Shown here in pieces: positions 11,115-22,091 of a stretch of DNA of 64,000 nucleotides. Location: positions 1,088,001-1,152,000 of the forward strand of contig OY764265.1 of assembly GCA_963668355.1 (NCBI GenBank). Direction: 5' to 3'. A program made the position numbers and the translations under genes. Every line of letters starts with the position of its first letter. Positions within the stretch are counted from its first letter, which is position 1. Origin of the DNA: Bdellovibrionota bacterium. GTDB taxonomy: Bacteria; Bdellovibrionota_G; JALEGL01; DATDPG01. Below the pieces are notes generated by a model, which was given only the letters and a program-made list of their open reading frames with translations, did no database searches and was not told where the DNA came from.

Positions 11115-11583
11115 ACGATACACAAAATCTCTCGATGAATTGGAAACGGATCTTTTGGTCACAACGCTATCCTCAACGGATCGTCCGCCCAAAGGCTTTG
11201 GAGGGCTGGTTGACTGGCGACTGAATGGCTTTGTTTCCAGGCGGATCTTGGACGGTACCGTATCCGGCCGAGCCCAGGAATCTGTATTGATTCCCCTTCA
11301 TCGACGATTACCTGCCCGAAGGCTATTAATATTGGGAACCGGCGAACCCCAACAGTTTAAACTGTCGGATGCCAGACATCTTTCTTATCAGCTGGGGAAA
11401 GCCCTAACCCGCTTGAAGGTAACCGATGTAGCCATTTCTTTTTTGCCCGCCAGCGATGAAAAACTTCCGGGAGAAACCGAACATGCTGTGCTGGACGCAT
11501 TGGAACAAAGTTCTCTGGCCCGTGAAACCATGATTCGTTGGCTAGTTTCGGATTCTTCCCCAGACACGAAAGAAAACGCATGA
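11104..11583 (+). CDS. Stand-alone peptidase M17 N-terminal (macro-like) domain protein
   Basis: DRPPKGFGGLVDWRLNG...LPARRLLILGTG; no catalytic domain. Confidence 0.65.
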   Translation: MRVERYTKSLDELETDLLVTTLSSTDRPPKGFGGLVDWRLNGFVSRRILDGTVSGRAQESVLIPLHRRLPARRLLILGTGEPQQFKLSDARHLSYQLGKALTRLKVTDVAISFLPASDEKLPGETEHAVLDALEQSSLARETMIRWLVSDSSPDTKENA

Positions 11584-12743
11584 GTCTGGTTGGGAATCTT
11601 CAAGACCTGGCTCTCACAGATATTTTTCAGATCGTAGGGTTGAGTGGAAAATCTGGCATCTTGCGCTTGGAACATACCCATCAGGGAAAAGCTCGCGTCG
11701 TGTTCATGGAAGGAAAAATTTGTGCCGCTTGGGGTCCTTCCGGTTTGCAAGCTCTTGAAAAACTTCTAGATGAGGAGAGTCTGGTGGTTCCCCATGCGCT
11801 TTCCAGATTGCAGAAAGACCGCGTGGATCCTCTGATGGAACTCCCCCAACTCTTTGCCCCTCCGGCCATCAGCCCAGATCGACGAACGGAATTCTTTTCC
11901 CATTTGGTGAAACAGATTCTATTTGATCTGCTCCAGTGGAACTCCGGCTCGTTTCAATTTGAGCTCCGAGGCGAGAAAGACGGGGATTCCACGGTTCCGA
12001 AAGAGTGGATTTTGGTGACCGATGGAATTTCGCCCAGCCAGATTGGATTGGAAGGCGCTAAAATTGTCGATGAAGAGTGCAGAGACATCGACATTCCCGC
12101 CGAGCCTGACCTGGAGAACTCTTTTTCCGAGCCCTCTGCCCCCAACCCGATAGAAGAACCCCTGTTCGATTTGGCGGAAGAACTGCGCGATCAATTTGAA
12201 GGAACCCGAAACCACGCTGCCAGTTCTCTTTCCCCGGGCCTAAGCTTGCTCAAATCCATGCTTTTGGAGCTCCATGTTCCCAATGTTCATACCTACATCA
12301 CGCTCTTGGTCTTGAGATACGCTGCCGCCCTTATGAATCGCGCGATCTTGTTTCAGGTTACCGAAGATGAATACAAAGCCATCGGAGAATTCGGTCTGGC
12401 AAAGAACAAAGAGGTCTCCGCACAACTTGTACGAAAAATCCACATTCCCAGAAACGAGGACAGCGTTCTGAGCATCGTGGAGGACTCGAAAATGTCGGTC
12501 AAAACCAAGCTCAACATGAAAAACACATGGGATCAGTATCTTTCCGAACAATTGGGGGGACACCCTCCGGCCGAAGCATTTGTAGGGCCTATCCTGTGCG
12601 AACAAAAGTTGGTTGCCGTCCTCTACGGGGACAATATTCCTGAGATGGATGCCATTGGGTCAACAGATGCGCTTGAAATCTTTCTGTCGCAAGCCGGTTT
12701 GGCCATGGAACAAAAACTTACGACCAACCTGGAAAATGCATAA
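11580..12743 (+). CDS. DUF4388 (PATAN-like) + GAF-like domain signalling protein
   Basis: MSLVGNLQDLALTDIFQ...KSGILRL, W.SG.F.F; C-terminal GPI...VAVLYGDN. Confidence 0.75.
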   Translation: MSLVGNLQDLALTDIFQIVGLSGKSGILRLEHTHQGKARVVFMEGKICAAWGPSGLQALEKLLDEESLVVPHALSRLQKDRVDPLMELPQLFAPPAISPDRRTEFFSHLVKQILFDLLQWNSGSFQFELRGEKDGDSTVPKEWILVTDGISPSQIGLEGAKIVDEECRDIDIPAEPDLENSFSEPSAPNPIEEPLFDLAEELRDQFEGTRNHAASSLSPGLSLLKSMLLELHVPNVHTYITLLVLRYAAALMNRAILFQVTEDEYKAIGEFGLAKNKEVSAQLVRKIHIPRNEDSVLSIVEDSKMSVKTKLNMKNTWDQYLSEQLGGHPPAEAFVGPILCEQKLVAVLYGDNIPEMDAIGSTDALEIFLSQAGLAMEQKLTTNLENA

Positions 12744-12964
12744 CTCTTTGAAAACTCCTTAAAACCATGTTTTGCACAGGGTTTCTCAGGAAGTCTGCCT
12801 TTATTGCCACAGTGCAGCTCAACCCTCTCGGATTCTCCCTTTTCAAGCGGATAAAGCTTGGGATAATATTCGACCCTGGTAACCTTAAGGGAAGGCTTTG
12901 AAAAAAGCCTAACTGCTTAAAAATTTTATTTTTTTAACATGTGCCACGGGTTCTCAACTAAGAA

Positions 12965-15067
12965 ATGAGAAGCTCGTTAAGGGAGGGCATCTTGGCCGCA
13001 ACAGACTCTTCACAAATTATTTCCCTGATCAAAGGCAAACAGGATCTGGACAAGTTTCGAGAACTTCACTGGGAGGGTTCCTTCGAAGATTACCTCAAAA
13101 TCGTCGAAGCCGACCCCAGCGTCTGTCGCACTGCATTTCAACGCATTTACGACATGATCCTTTCGTATGGCACAGAAACCTATGTAGATGGAAAGAAGAA
13201 AGTCACGCGTTATCACTTCTTCGATGACCCCCTAGAAGATGGAAAAGATGCCGTTTTCGGTTTGGACATTCCGCTCATGAAAATGGTCAACATCTTTAAA
13301 AGTGCGGCCAAAAACTTTGGCACGGAACGACGGGTTCTCTTACTCCACGGCCCCGTTGGGTCTGCAAAATCGACCATCGTCCGAATGCTAAAAAAGGGCC
13401 TGGAGCAATATTCCCAATCTCCCCAAGGAGCCATTTACACCTATTCATGGAAACTCAATCCAGATGACTTTCCTTTTCACATTATTGACGGAGATGAAAT
13501 GGCTTGTCCGATGCACGAAGAGCCCTTGCATCTCATCCCCAAAGAGTTTCGCCCAGAAGTCTTGGGCCATCTCAACAAAAAAAATCAAGGAGGGTTCAAA
13601 GTTGAAATCGAGGGAGAACTCTGCCCCGCTTGCCGACAAATCTACAAGGACTTAATCAATCACTACGAAGGGGATTGGACCAAAGTCATTCAACATATCG
13701 TCGTCAAACGTTTTCTTCTTTCAGAAAAAGATCGTGTGGGAATTGGAACCTTCCAACCAAAGGACGAAAAAAACCAGGACTCAACCGAGCTCACCGGTGA
13801 CATCAATTATCGCCGAATCGCACACTATGGCTCTGACTCGGATCCAAGGGCTTTCAATTTCGATGGGGAGTTCAACATTGCCAATCGCGGCCTGGTAGAG
13901 TTCGTTGAAGTCTTAAAATTGGACGTAGCCTTCTTGTATGATCTTTTAGGAGCATCCCAAGAACATAAAGTGAAACCCAAAAAGTTTCCTCAAACCGATA
14001 TTGACGAAGTCATCATCGGTCACACAAACGAACCGGAGTACAAGAAACTTCAAAACAATGAGTTCATGGAAGCTTTGCGAGACCGAACGGTGAAGATTGA
14101 TATTCCGTACATCACGAAACTCGCTCAAGAAATTAAAATCTATGAAAAAGACTACAATGAAAAACGAGTGCCCTCGAAACACGTGGCTCCTCATTCATTG
14201 GAAATTGCGGCCATGTGGGCCGTGCTCACTCGCTTGGAAGAACCAAAGAAGGCCAATTTAACGTTATTGCAAAAACTGAAGTTGTATGACGGAAAATCTT
14301 TGGCTGGGTTCACCGAGGAGAACATCCGAGAACTTCGCAAAGAAACCCAACGCGAAGGCTTGGAAGGAATTTCTCCTCGTTATATCCAAGATAAAATTTC
14401 CAACTCTTTGGTGGATGAAAAAACCGAAGGCTGCGTGAATCCCTTCATGCTCTTAAATGAAATTGAAGCCGGGCTCCGACACCATTCTCTGATCGCCTCG
14501 GAAGACATGCGAAAAAAATATCGCGAGCTCATTACCTTGGTGAAACAAGAGTATGAAGACATCGTCAAAAACGAAGTTCAACGAGCCATTTGCGCGGACG
14601 AGGACTCCATTGCAAAACTGTGCGGTAACTACATCGACAATGTCAAAGCGTACACACAGAAGGAAAAGGTACGGAACAAATACACTGGAAACACGGAAGA
14701 GCCGGATGAGCGACTTATGCGTTCGATCGAAGAGAAAATCGATATTCCAGAGTCCAGGAAGGATGATTTCCGCCGTGAAATCATGAATTACATTGGTGCT
14801 TTGGCAATCGACGGAAAACAGTTCAATTACAAAACCAATGAACGCCTACATAAAGCTCTTGAACTAAAGTTGTTTGAAGATCAAAAAGACTCCATCAAAC
14901 TGACCAGTTTGGTTTCTTCGGTTGTGGACAAAGACACGCAAGAAAAGATCGATGTCGTGAAAAAGCGGATGATCAACAATTATCACTACTGTGATATTTG
15001 TGCGACGGACGTTCTAAATTTCGTGGCATCCATTTTTGCGCGAGGGGATATTAAGTCCGAACAATAA
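12965..15067 (+). CDS. prkA: PrkA/YeaG AAA+ serine protein kinase
   Basis: [31 protein letters not shown]...ANRG. Confidence 0.95.
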   Translation: MRSSLREGILAATDSSQIISLIKGKQDLDKFRELHWEGSFEDYLKIVEADPSVCRTAFQRIYDMILSYGTETYVDGKKKVTRYHFFDDPLEDGKDAVFGLDIPLMKMVNIFKSAAKNFGTERRVLLLHGPVGSAKSTIVRMLKKGLEQYSQSPQGAIYTYSWKLNPDDFPFHIIDGDEMACPMHEEPLHLIPKEFRPEVLGHLNKKNQGGFKVEIEGELCPACRQIYKDLINHYEGDWTKVIQHIVVKRFLLSEKDRVGIGTFQPKDEKNQDSTELTGDINYRRIAHYGSDSDPRAFNFDGEFNIANRGLVEFVEVLKLDVAFLYDLLGASQEHKVKPKKFPQTDIDEVIIGHTNEPEYKKLQNNEFMEALRDRTVKIDIPYITKLAQEIKIYEKDYNEKRVPSKHVAPHSLEIAAMWAVLTRLEEPKKANLTLLQKLKLYDGKSLAGFTEENIRELRKETQREGLEGISPRYIQDKISNSLVDEKTEGCVNPFMLLNEIEAGLRHHSLIASEDMRKKYRELITLVKQEYEDIVKNEVQRAICADEDSIAKLCGNYIDNVKAYTQKEKVRNKYTGNTEEPDERLMRSIEEKIDIPESRKDDFRREIMNYIGALAIDGKQFNYKTNERLHKALELKLFEDQKDSIKLTSLVSSVVDKDTQEKIDVVKKRMINNYHYCDICATDVLNFVASIFARGDIKSEQ

Positions 15068-15097
15068 TGTCTCACCACTTATGAGACACGGAGAAGC

Positions 15098-16207
15098 ATG
15101 GCGTTAAAGATTGATAATGATTATAACCGCTTCAAGCAAATCGTTCGGGGGCGTGTAAAGAAAGATCTTCGAAAGTATATGTCCTCGAGCGACATGCTTG
15201 GGAGAAAAGGGAAGAACATCGTATCGATCCCCATTCCTCGCATTGATCTACCCCACTTTACCCACAGCCCGCGCCAACGAGGCGGAACCGGGCAAGGTGA
15301 GGGCGAACCGGGAACGGTCTTGGGCCCTGGAGATCCGGAAGAAGGTCAGGGACAGGCGGGTTCTCTCCCAGGCCAACACGTTCTTGAGGTGGATATTACG
15401 CTCGAAGAGTTGGCCAAGATTCTGGCCGAAGAGCTCGAACTGCCTCGCATCGAACCCAAGGGTCAAAAAAAGAACATCACGAGCCTCAAAGAAAAATATA
15501 GTGGCATCCACCGTTCGGGACCCGAATCTCTACGTCACTTTAAGCGAACCTACCGGGAAGCTCTAAAAAGGCTGATCTGCACAGGCGCCTATGACCCAGA
15601 TAACCCCATCATTGTTCCCGTTCGGGAAGACAAGCGGTATCGATCTTGGAAGTTGGTTCCTCAACCCGCTGTCAATGCCTTGATCATATATATCATGGAC
15701 GTTTCCGGTTCCATGGGGACGGAGCAAAAGGAAATTGTTCGGACGGAGAGTTTTTGGATCGATACTTGGCTTAAGAGCCAATACAAAGGAATCGAATCAC
15801 GGTACATCATTCATGACGCTGCAGCTCGTGAGGTGGACAGCGAAACGTTCTACCACACGCGAGAGTCCGGCGGAACAATCATCTCTTCCGCCTATCGTCT
15901 CTGTTATAAAATGTTGGCTGAGGAGTATGACCCAAGTGAGTGGAACATTTATGTGTTTCATTTTTCCGATGGAGACAACTGGTCTGGAGAAGACACGGAA
16001 CTCTGTTTTAAAATTTTGAAAGAGGGGCTCTTGCCTCACTTAAATTTGTTTTGTTATGGCCAAGTCGAATCTCAATATGGCTCAGGTCAGTTTCTCAAGG
16101 ACCTGGAAGAGCATTTGCCAAATATTGAAAACTTGATCACTTCGAAAATTGACTCTCGAGAAGACATCTATGACTCCATCAAAACATTTTTAGGAAAGGG
16201 GAAATAA
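15098..16207 (+). CDS. yeaH: YeaH/YhbH (DUF444) vWA-like protein
   Basis: [20 protein letters not shown]; lies between prkA and spoVR. Confidence 0.92.
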   Translation: MALKIDNDYNRFKQIVRGRVKKDLRKYMSSSDMLGRKGKNIVSIPIPRIDLPHFTHSPRQRGGTGQGEGEPGTVLGPGDPEEGQGQAGSLPGQHVLEVDITLEELAKILAEELELPRIEPKGQKKNITSLKEKYSGIHRSGPESLRHFKRTYREALKRLICTGAYDPDNPIIVPVREDKRYRSWKLVPQPAVNALIIYIMDVSGSMGTEQKEIVRTESFWIDTWLKSQYKGIESRYIIHDAAAREVDSETFYHTRESGGTIISSAYRLCYKMLAEEYDPSEWNIYVFHFSDGDNWSGEDTELCFKILKEGLLPHLNLFCYGQVESQYGSGQFLKDLEEHLPNIENLITSKIDSREDIYDSIKTFLGKGK

Positions 16208-17751
16208 TGGCCGACCTCCCCATTGAACTAAAAAAGGCTCGCGAAGAAATTGAGCAATACGCTAAAAATTTTGGGCTGGATTTCTATCCGACCATTTTTG
16301 AAATGGTCGAATTCGATGAAATGAATCACATCGCGGCCTACGGTGGGTTTCCAACGCGTTATCCTCATTGGTCTTTTGGAATGGAATATGAACAGCTTTC
16401 CAAGGGTTACGAATACGGCCTTTCGAAAATTTATGAAATGGTGATCAACAACGATCCCTGTTACGCGTATTTGATGACTTCCAATCCGTTGGTGGATCAA
16501 AAGCTCGTCATGGCTCATGTGTATGCCCACTGTGACTTCTTTAAAAATAATTATTGGTTTTCCAAAACCAATCGACACATGATCGATGACATGGCGAATC
16601 ATTCGACGCGGATTCGTCGATACATCGACAAAGTAGGGTTTGAAGAAGTCGAAAACTTTTTGGACGCCTGCCTCACATTCAATAATCTGGTGGACGTTCA
16701 TTTGCCTTTTCAAACGCCTCCTTCCAAGCCTCAAAAGAAGGAGGAAGACGGGAACTCTCAAGATTCCGACAATGAACGAATCGATCGCTCAGAAGTACCG
16801 CGCTTAAAAAGCAAGGACTATATGGAGTCGTACATCAATCCCCCAGAATTCATTGAGTATCAGAAAGAAAAAATTCGAAATCGGAGAAAACAAAAAGCCA
16901 AGTTTCCCCATGAGCCTATCAAAGACATTATGGGTTTTCTCTTGAGCTTTGCCCCTCTTAAACCCTGGGAACAAGACATTCTTTCCATGCTCCGAGACGA
17001 AGCCTATTACTTTGCCCCTCAGGGCCAAACCAAAATCATGAATGAAGGCTGGGCAAGCTACTGGCACTCCACCATCATGACGCAAAAAGTTTTGAAAGAC
17101 TCTGAGGTCATTGACTACGCAGACCATCACTCAGGAACAGTGGCCCCACACCCGCATCGACTTAATCCCTATAAGCTCGGGATCGAATTATTTCGATACA
17201 TTGAAGATCGTTGGAACAAAGGAAAGTTTGGAAAAGAGTACGACGATTGTGACGATCTTGTTAAGAAAAAGAACTGGAATAAAGAACTTGGGCTTGGTCG
17301 GGAGAAAATTTTTGAAGTTCGAAAAATTTATAACGATCTGACTTTTTTGGATGAATTTTTAACCGCCGATTTTTGCATTGAGCAAAACATGTTTTCATTT
17401 GGTTACAATGCAAAATCTGGGAACTATGAGATTTTGTCTCGGGAGTTTGACAAGATCAAACAGTCGATTCTTTTTTCGCTGACCAACATGGGCCAGCCCA
17501 TCATGGTGGTTGAAAATGGAAATTTCGAGAACCGCGGAGAGCTTTTAATCGTCCATAGACATGAGGGCATTGATCTTCGCGTGGATTGGGCACAAGACGT
17601 CATGCGAAATGTACACAAGCTTTGGAAGCGCCCTGTCAATGTGTTGACCTTTTTGGAAGGAAAAAAGAAGATCTTAACATTCGACGGCACCGACCATAAA
17701 GAGCGAACGCTTGAGACCACAGGGCAACGTGCAGAAGACAAAAAGAAGTAA
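16207..17751 (+). CDS. spoVR: SpoVR/YcgB family protein
   Basis: PTRYPHWSFG, IYEMVINNDP, TKIMNEGWASYWH. Confidence 0.95.
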   Translation: MADLPIELKKAREEIEQYAKNFGLDFYPTIFEMVEFDEMNHIAAYGGFPTRYPHWSFGMEYEQLSKGYEYGLSKIYEMVINNDPCYAYLMTSNPLVDQKLVMAHVYAHCDFFKNNYWFSKTNRHMIDDMANHSTRIRRYIDKVGFEEVENFLDACLTFNNLVDVHLPFQTPPSKPQKKEEDGNSQDSDNERIDRSEVPRLKSKDYMESYINPPEFIEYQKEKIRNRRKQKAKFPHEPIKDIMGFLLSFAPLKPWEQDILSMLRDEAYYFAPQGQTKIMNEGWASYWHSTIMTQKVLKDSEVIDYADHHSGTVAPHPHRLNPYKLGIELFRYIEDRWNKGKFGKEYDDCDDLVKKKNWNKELGLGREKIFEVRKIYNDLTFLDEFLTADFCIEQNMFSFGYNAKSGNYEILSREFDKIKQSILFSLTNMGQPIMVVENGNFENRGELLIVHRHEGIDLRVDWAQDVMRNVHKLWKRPVNVLTFLEGKKKILTFDGTDHKERTLETTGQRAEDKKK

Positions 17752-18412
17752 CACCATTCTCAAAATTTGGGGGGGGCTTGCGGTCATTTGGCTTTGCATG
17801 GTTTTTTCAGCTAAGGCTTACACCGACCAGGTTGTTGCCACCATTGGTCCCTCTGCGATCACCCTGAGAGATGTGCGACTTCATGCATTTCTCACCTCTC
17901 TTCTTCACAAGGAAAAGCCGAGCCCCAATCAGTTTTTTCTCCATACTCGAACCGCGATAAAGAAGTATCGAACATTTCTGGTTCAGCGGGCGGTTATTTT
18001 GAACTACCTTCAAGTGAGTGGTATTTCGCTTTCACCCAAGGAATCCCGCGTACAGGAAGTGAAAAAGCAGGTCACCGCACGCTTCGCGTCCGAAAAGGCC
18101 ATGAAAGGGTTTTTGAGCACACTGGGCGTGGATATCGAAGAGGTGAATCGCTGGATTCTCGAAAAGCTTCAAATGGAACAATTTGTCGACGAACAAATTG
18201 GCATGCGTGTTCAACTTTCCGAGTCGGAAGTTCGAAGCCACTATGATAAAAAAAGAGAGTCTCGATACCTGGGGGAATCTTGGGAGAAAGTAAGACCTGT
18301 GGTTCGTGCAGAACTTTTTCGAGATCGCTTGAAAACCGAGTTAAAAAAATGGTTGGACACAGAAATCACGAGAGTGGGCGTCGTTTTTCTACCCCTTCGC
18401 AATGGCGTTTAG
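17711..18412 (+). CDS. SurA N-terminal-like periplasmic chaperone (start uncertain)
   Basis: Signal-like hydrophobic segment followed by DQVVATIG...ITLRDV; helical; no PPIase domain. Confidence 0.55.
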   Translation: MRPQGNVQKTKRSNTILKIWGGLAVIWLCMVFSAKAYTDQVVATIGPSAITLRDVRLHAFLTSLLHKEKPSPNQFFLHTRTAIKKYRTFLVQRAVILNYLQVSGISLSPKESRVQEVKKQVTARFASEKAMKGFLSTLGVDIEEVNRWILEKLQMEQFVDEQIGMRVQLSESEVRSHYDKKRESRYLGESWEKVRPVVRAELFRDRLKTELKKWLDTEITRVGVVFLPLRNGV

Positions 18413-18852
18413 GACCGCTTACGCGTCAAGATTTAGAGCGCTTGCTTCGCATCGAACATCGCTGCTTTGAGCATCCTTGGTCCAGACAATCTTTCGATGC
18501 CATCATTACCGAAAAGACCTTTTTTTCCCTTGGTGCCTTTTCTCAAAAAACTTTGGCGGGGTACCTCATTTGGTCTGAAGCTGCGGATGAACTTCATATT
18601 TTGAACATTGCTGTGGACCCCTCTTTTCGGAATCAAGGTGTAGCTTCGCTTCTCCTTGAGGAAGTCCACCAAGGGGCATATAAAAATGGTCGGCGGTTTT
18701 CTTTTCTTGAGGTAAGAGAGTCAAACGAATCCGCTCAACGTGTATATGAACGCAAGGGCTACCGAAAAGTCACCAAACGATTGAACTATTATGAGGGGGA
18801 TCAAGAGGACGCCATTTTGATGATGGCCAAATTGAAAAAGTCGAAAAAATGA
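18349..18852 (+). CDS. rimI: Ribosomal protein S18-alanine N-acetyltransferase (start uncertain)
   Basis: IE..CF..PWS, LHILNIAVDP, LEVRESN, YY...EDAILM. Confidence 0.9.
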   Translation: MVGHRNHESGRRFSTPSQWRLGPLTRQDLERLLRIEHRCFEHPWSRQSFDAIITEKTFFSLGAFSQKTLAGYLIWSEAADELHILNIAVDPSFRNQGVASLLLEEVHQGAYKNGRRFSFLEVRESNESAQRVYERKGYRKVTKRLNYYEGDQEDAILMMAKLKKSKK

Positions 18853-19646
18853 ACCATCCAAAAAGCAAAGAATGGGCTGCTCACGTGGTTTCCAATAAAG
18901 ATTTGGGGGCAAAATACGGCCTCATCAGCCTTCGGCTCCCCAAGGCGTTTCCTCGTGTGAAGGCTGGGAGTTTTTGTATGCTTTCGACGGGAGGCTCCAG
19001 AGAGGTGCTTTTGCGTCGACCGATGGCCTTCTTTGACGTACAGAAAAATTCAACCTTTACGTCGGTGCAGATTCTTTATCGTGTCGTGGGAAGAGGAACC
19101 CGGCTCCTGGCGGGAGTGGAGAAAGATTCAGAGCTGTCACTTTTGGGCCCTATTGGAAACTGCTTTTCTAAGCCTAAAACAAAAGAACATTATTTGGTCG
19201 CTGCGGGAGGAATCGGCATTTCGCCCTTTCTTCTCTGGGGAAGACAGCTAAGCGAGGCTCAGCACAAGCGCGTCCGAGTTCTTTTCGGTTTCCCGACAGA
19301 AGACCACACTTCGCTGGTGAAACTCTACAAGCGGGTGGGCTTAAAACCCATATGCGCCGTGGAAAAAGCAAAAACTTCTTTCCAAGGAACGGTCCTGGAC
19401 TTATTGAAAAAAGAATTCGAAAGCGCCCCGGCTCAACGCATCTTGACGTGTGGACCGGAGGCCATGATGGAGGCCGTCAAAGACTTCTGCCGCGTAAAAG
19501 GAATCCCCTGCGAGGTTTCATTGGAAGCGAAGATGGCATGTGGGATGGGTGTGTGTTTGAGCTGTGTGACTTCCTGTCAGGCCAAGAATGGCGGACCTCA
19601 GGCGCTGGTCTGCCAAGACGGTCCGATCTTCACCTTCCCCTCCTAA
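18849..19646 (+). CDS. pyrK: Dihydroorotate dehydrogenase electron-transfer subunit
   Basis: LRRP, GPIGN, GGIGISP, CGP, MACGMGVCLSC...VCQDGPIF. Confidence 0.88.
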   Translation: MNHPKSKEWAAHVVSNKDLGAKYGLISLRLPKAFPRVKAGSFCMLSTGGSREVLLRRPMAFFDVQKNSTFTSVQILYRVVGRGTRLLAGVEKDSELSLLGPIGNCFSKPKTKEHYLVAAGGIGISPFLLWGRQLSEAQHKRVRVLFGFPTEDHTSLVKLYKRVGLKPICAVEKAKTSFQGTVLDLLKKEFESAPAQRILTCGPEAMMEAVKDFCRVKGIPCEVSLEAKMACGMGVCLSCVTSCQAKNGGPQALVCQDGPIFTFPS

Positions 19647-19783
19647 GCTGAGACAAAGATCCCTGCCGCGAAGAGCAAACGTAGAAGGCCCTCTAATCAT
19701 TGACGAAAACGGCGTAAACGTTTAGGAATAGAGAGTGAGTTGAATTTCGGTAAGCAGCCGCATAGGTTGTGAGGAGGCAGTTG

Positions 19784-19993
19784 ATGGCAACCGGAAAAGT
19801 AAAATGGTTCAACGATAAAAAAGGCTTCGGCTTTATTTTGAACGATAAGGAAGAAGATGTTTTTGTTCATTTTTCCGCGATTGAGGGAGATGGATATAAA
19901 ACGCTTCGTGAAGATGATGTCGTTGAATTTGAATGCGAACAGGGCCCCAAGGGATTATTTGCGGCCAAAGTAACCAAACCCGCTCAAGCCTGA
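19784..19993 (+). CDS. Cold-shock domain protein
   Basis: [34 protein letters not shown]. Confidence 0.96.
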   Translation: MATGKVKWFNDKKGFGFILNDKEEDVFVHFSAIEGDGYKTLREDDVVEFECEQGPKGLFAAKVTKPAQA

Positions 19994-20031
19994 GCCTACA
20001 CCTGGCCGTTGGTTGCCGGGTTTGTTAAATC

Positions 20032-20361
20032 GTGATGCAATCCACCCAACAAGGTCAGTTTATCTTTGTATCTGTGGGCAGTGAGGAAAATGCTGCTCGG
20101 ATTACGCACACCTTGCTCGAACAAAATCTTGCGGCGTGCGTCAGTCGAATCCCTAAGGTGATTTCTGAGTACCGATGGGAAGGCGAATTGCATCGAGATG
20201 AGGAAATTCTTCTCATCATAAAAACACAAAAGAAACTTGTGGAAAGAGTAGAAGAACTGATTAAAAAGGTTCATACGTATGACGTTCCCGAAATTGTTTC
20301 GGTATGTTGGGAACAGGCCTCTGGCGAATATCTGGCCTGGCTCCTGAAGGAAACAGAATAA
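20032..20361 (+). CDS. cutA: Divalent-cation tolerance protein CutA
   Basis: LAACV, SEYRWEG, HTYDVPEI. Confidence 0.93.
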   Translation: MMQSTQQGQFIFVSVGSEENAARITHTLLEQNLAACVSRIPKVISEYRWEGELHRDEEILLIIKTQKKLVERVEELIKKVHTYDVPEIVSVCWEQASGEYLAWLLKETE

Positions 20362-20379
20362 AGAAAGGAAAAGGAAAGA

Positions 20380-21420
20380 ATGAAGAAAGTAGGTGTATTG
20401 ACGGGTGGCGGAGACTGTCCGGGATTAAATCCAGCCATTCGAGGAATTTGCCGTCAGGCTCAATCAACGGGCCACACGGTTGTAGGCATTCGCCGGGGTT
20501 GGAAGGGTCTGTTGGAACAGGAAACAAAGGATCTGAACATCGCTGAAATTGATGAACTGCTTTATCAAGGGGGCACCGCCCTTCGCTCTTCACGAACCAA
20601 CCCATATAATGAAGAAGGGGGCCCGGAACGAGCCAAAAAGGCCATTCAAGACCTCGGACTGGAAGCCTTGATTGCCATTGGCGGAGAAGACACTCTGGGT
20701 GTCGCCTCGAAACTGGCTGCAGAAGGACAACCTGTCGTGGGATTGGCGAAAACCATTGATAATGACTTGGACGTGACCGACTTTACGTTGGGATTTCCTT
20801 CCGCGGTTGAAATCGCAACACAGGCGTTTGATCGCATTAAGACAACCGCTCAGTCACATGATCGCGTCATGGTGGTCGAAGTCATGGGACGTCACGCAGG
20901 TTGGTTGACCTATTATGCCGGTTTGGCTGGCGGCGCAGACGCCATTTTATTGCCGGAATTCCCCATGCCGATCCAGGAAGTCTGTGACATCCTCAAAAAG
21001 CTCGAAGCGCGAGGCAAAGAATACGCCATCATTGCGGTTGCCGAGGGAGCCAAAGTTTTGGATGACCAGGGCAAAGAAATTGCCATTCACTCCAAAGAAG
21101 CTGTGGATTCTTTTGGACATGTTCAACTGGGTGGAATTGGGGATTTTGTGAAAGAACTTCTCAAAAACCGAACCGGGAGAGATGTTCGATCAACCGTATT
21201 AGGTCATACTCAACGTGGAGGTTCTCCTTCCGCTTTTGATCGAATTCTTTCCACGGCCTATGGGGTTCGTGCCATGCAACTCGTTCAAAACAAAGAATAT
21301 GGAAAAATGCCGGCTCTGGTCGGTGGAAAAATTGAGACCGTTTCTCTCGCGAATGCGGTTGAGAAACTGAAACTGGTTCCCAAAGAGGCGTATGAATTAG
21401 CCAGAACATTCTTTGGGTAA
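20380..21420 (+). CDS. pfkA: 6-phosphofructokinase (group III-like, probably PPi-dependent)
   Basis: GGDCPGLN, GGEDT, KTIDND, EVMGRHAGW, LGHTQRGG. Confidence 0.93.
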   Translation: MKKVGVLTGGGDCPGLNPAIRGICRQAQSTGHTVVGIRRGWKGLLEQETKDLNIAEIDELLYQGGTALRSSRTNPYNEEGGPERAKKAIQDLGLEALIAIGGEDTLGVASKLAAEGQPVVGLAKTIDNDLDVTDFTLGFPSAVEIATQAFDRIKTTAQSHDRVMVVEVMGRHAGWLTYYAGLAGGADAILLPEFPMPIQEVCDILKKLEARGKEYAIIAVAEGAKVLDDQGKEIAIHSKEAVDSFGHVQLGGIGDFVKELLKNRTGRDVRSTVLGHTQRGGSPSAFDRILSTAYGVRAMQLVQNKEYGKMPALVGGKIETVSLANAVEKLKLVPKEAYELARTFFG

Positions 21421-21429
21421 TCTCAAAAT

Positions 21430-21807
21430 ATGAGTGAGGAAACTCGAAATTTATTATTGATCGCGTTGGCGACCTCCACGGTCGCCACGCCCCTCCTCGT
21501 TGGTGCCATACGAAAGCAAATTCCCAAAGAAGTTCTTTTACGATGGGCAGCTCCCTTGATGGGTGCAACATTTTTGATGGTCGTCGGAATCCGACTCATG
21601 GACCAACACCTTGATCCCACATGGAAGTTGGTGGGGTCCTTGCTTTTCGGTTTCGTGTGGTGTGTGTCGGGCGTGTTGGTCATTTTTCGAAAACCTCACC
21701 GCTTTCGAGCCTTAGATCCCACCGTCCGCGCCCAAAAAATTCTGGGCTTAATGCTTCTCGTTTTTGGCATCCTCTGGCTCGCCGCTTCCGTCTTTCGTTT
21801 TGGATAA
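21430..21807 (+). CDS. Small hypothetical membrane protein (about 4 TM)
   Basis: Four hydrophobic segments; starts 9 nt after the pfk stop. Confidence 0.65.
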   Translation: MSEETRNLLLIALATSTVATPLLVGAIRKQIPKEVLLRWAAPLMGATFLMVVGIRLMDQHLDPTWKLVGSLLFGFVWCVSGVLVIFRKPHRFRALDPTVRAQKILGLMLLVFGILWLAASVFRFG

Positions 21808-21896
21808 AACGACCTAAATTTTTTTAAATCTGAAAATAAGCGCAACATCCGTCGCGCATGAGTTTCGTTCCGGACATAAAGTGAGCCGAGGAGATT

Positions 21897-21974
21897 TTGT
21901 GGGAGGGTCCTGACGTTGTGGGGCCCATCCCCTTGCGGGCGGAGGACCGTCCTCAGGCGATTCGTCCCACAACG
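21897..21974. repeat. REP-like palindrome
   Basis: CGTTGTGGG (21914-22) pairs with CCCACAACG (21966-74). Inner GAGGAC-C-GTCCTC. A second TTGTGGGA at 21897. Confidence 0.5.
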
Positions 21975-22091
21975 CCACCCTTTCAACATTTCCAAGGTAA
22001 CTTTAAAAACATCTCTCACAAAAAAGGTGTCTCCGTTTGAATGAATGATTTCAAGCGAGGGGAGCGAGATAAAAGAATTACTCATGACGAA

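Noticed and set aside
12965..17751. prkA-yeaH-spoVR as a novel system
   Set aside because: This is a well-known, widely conserved operon.
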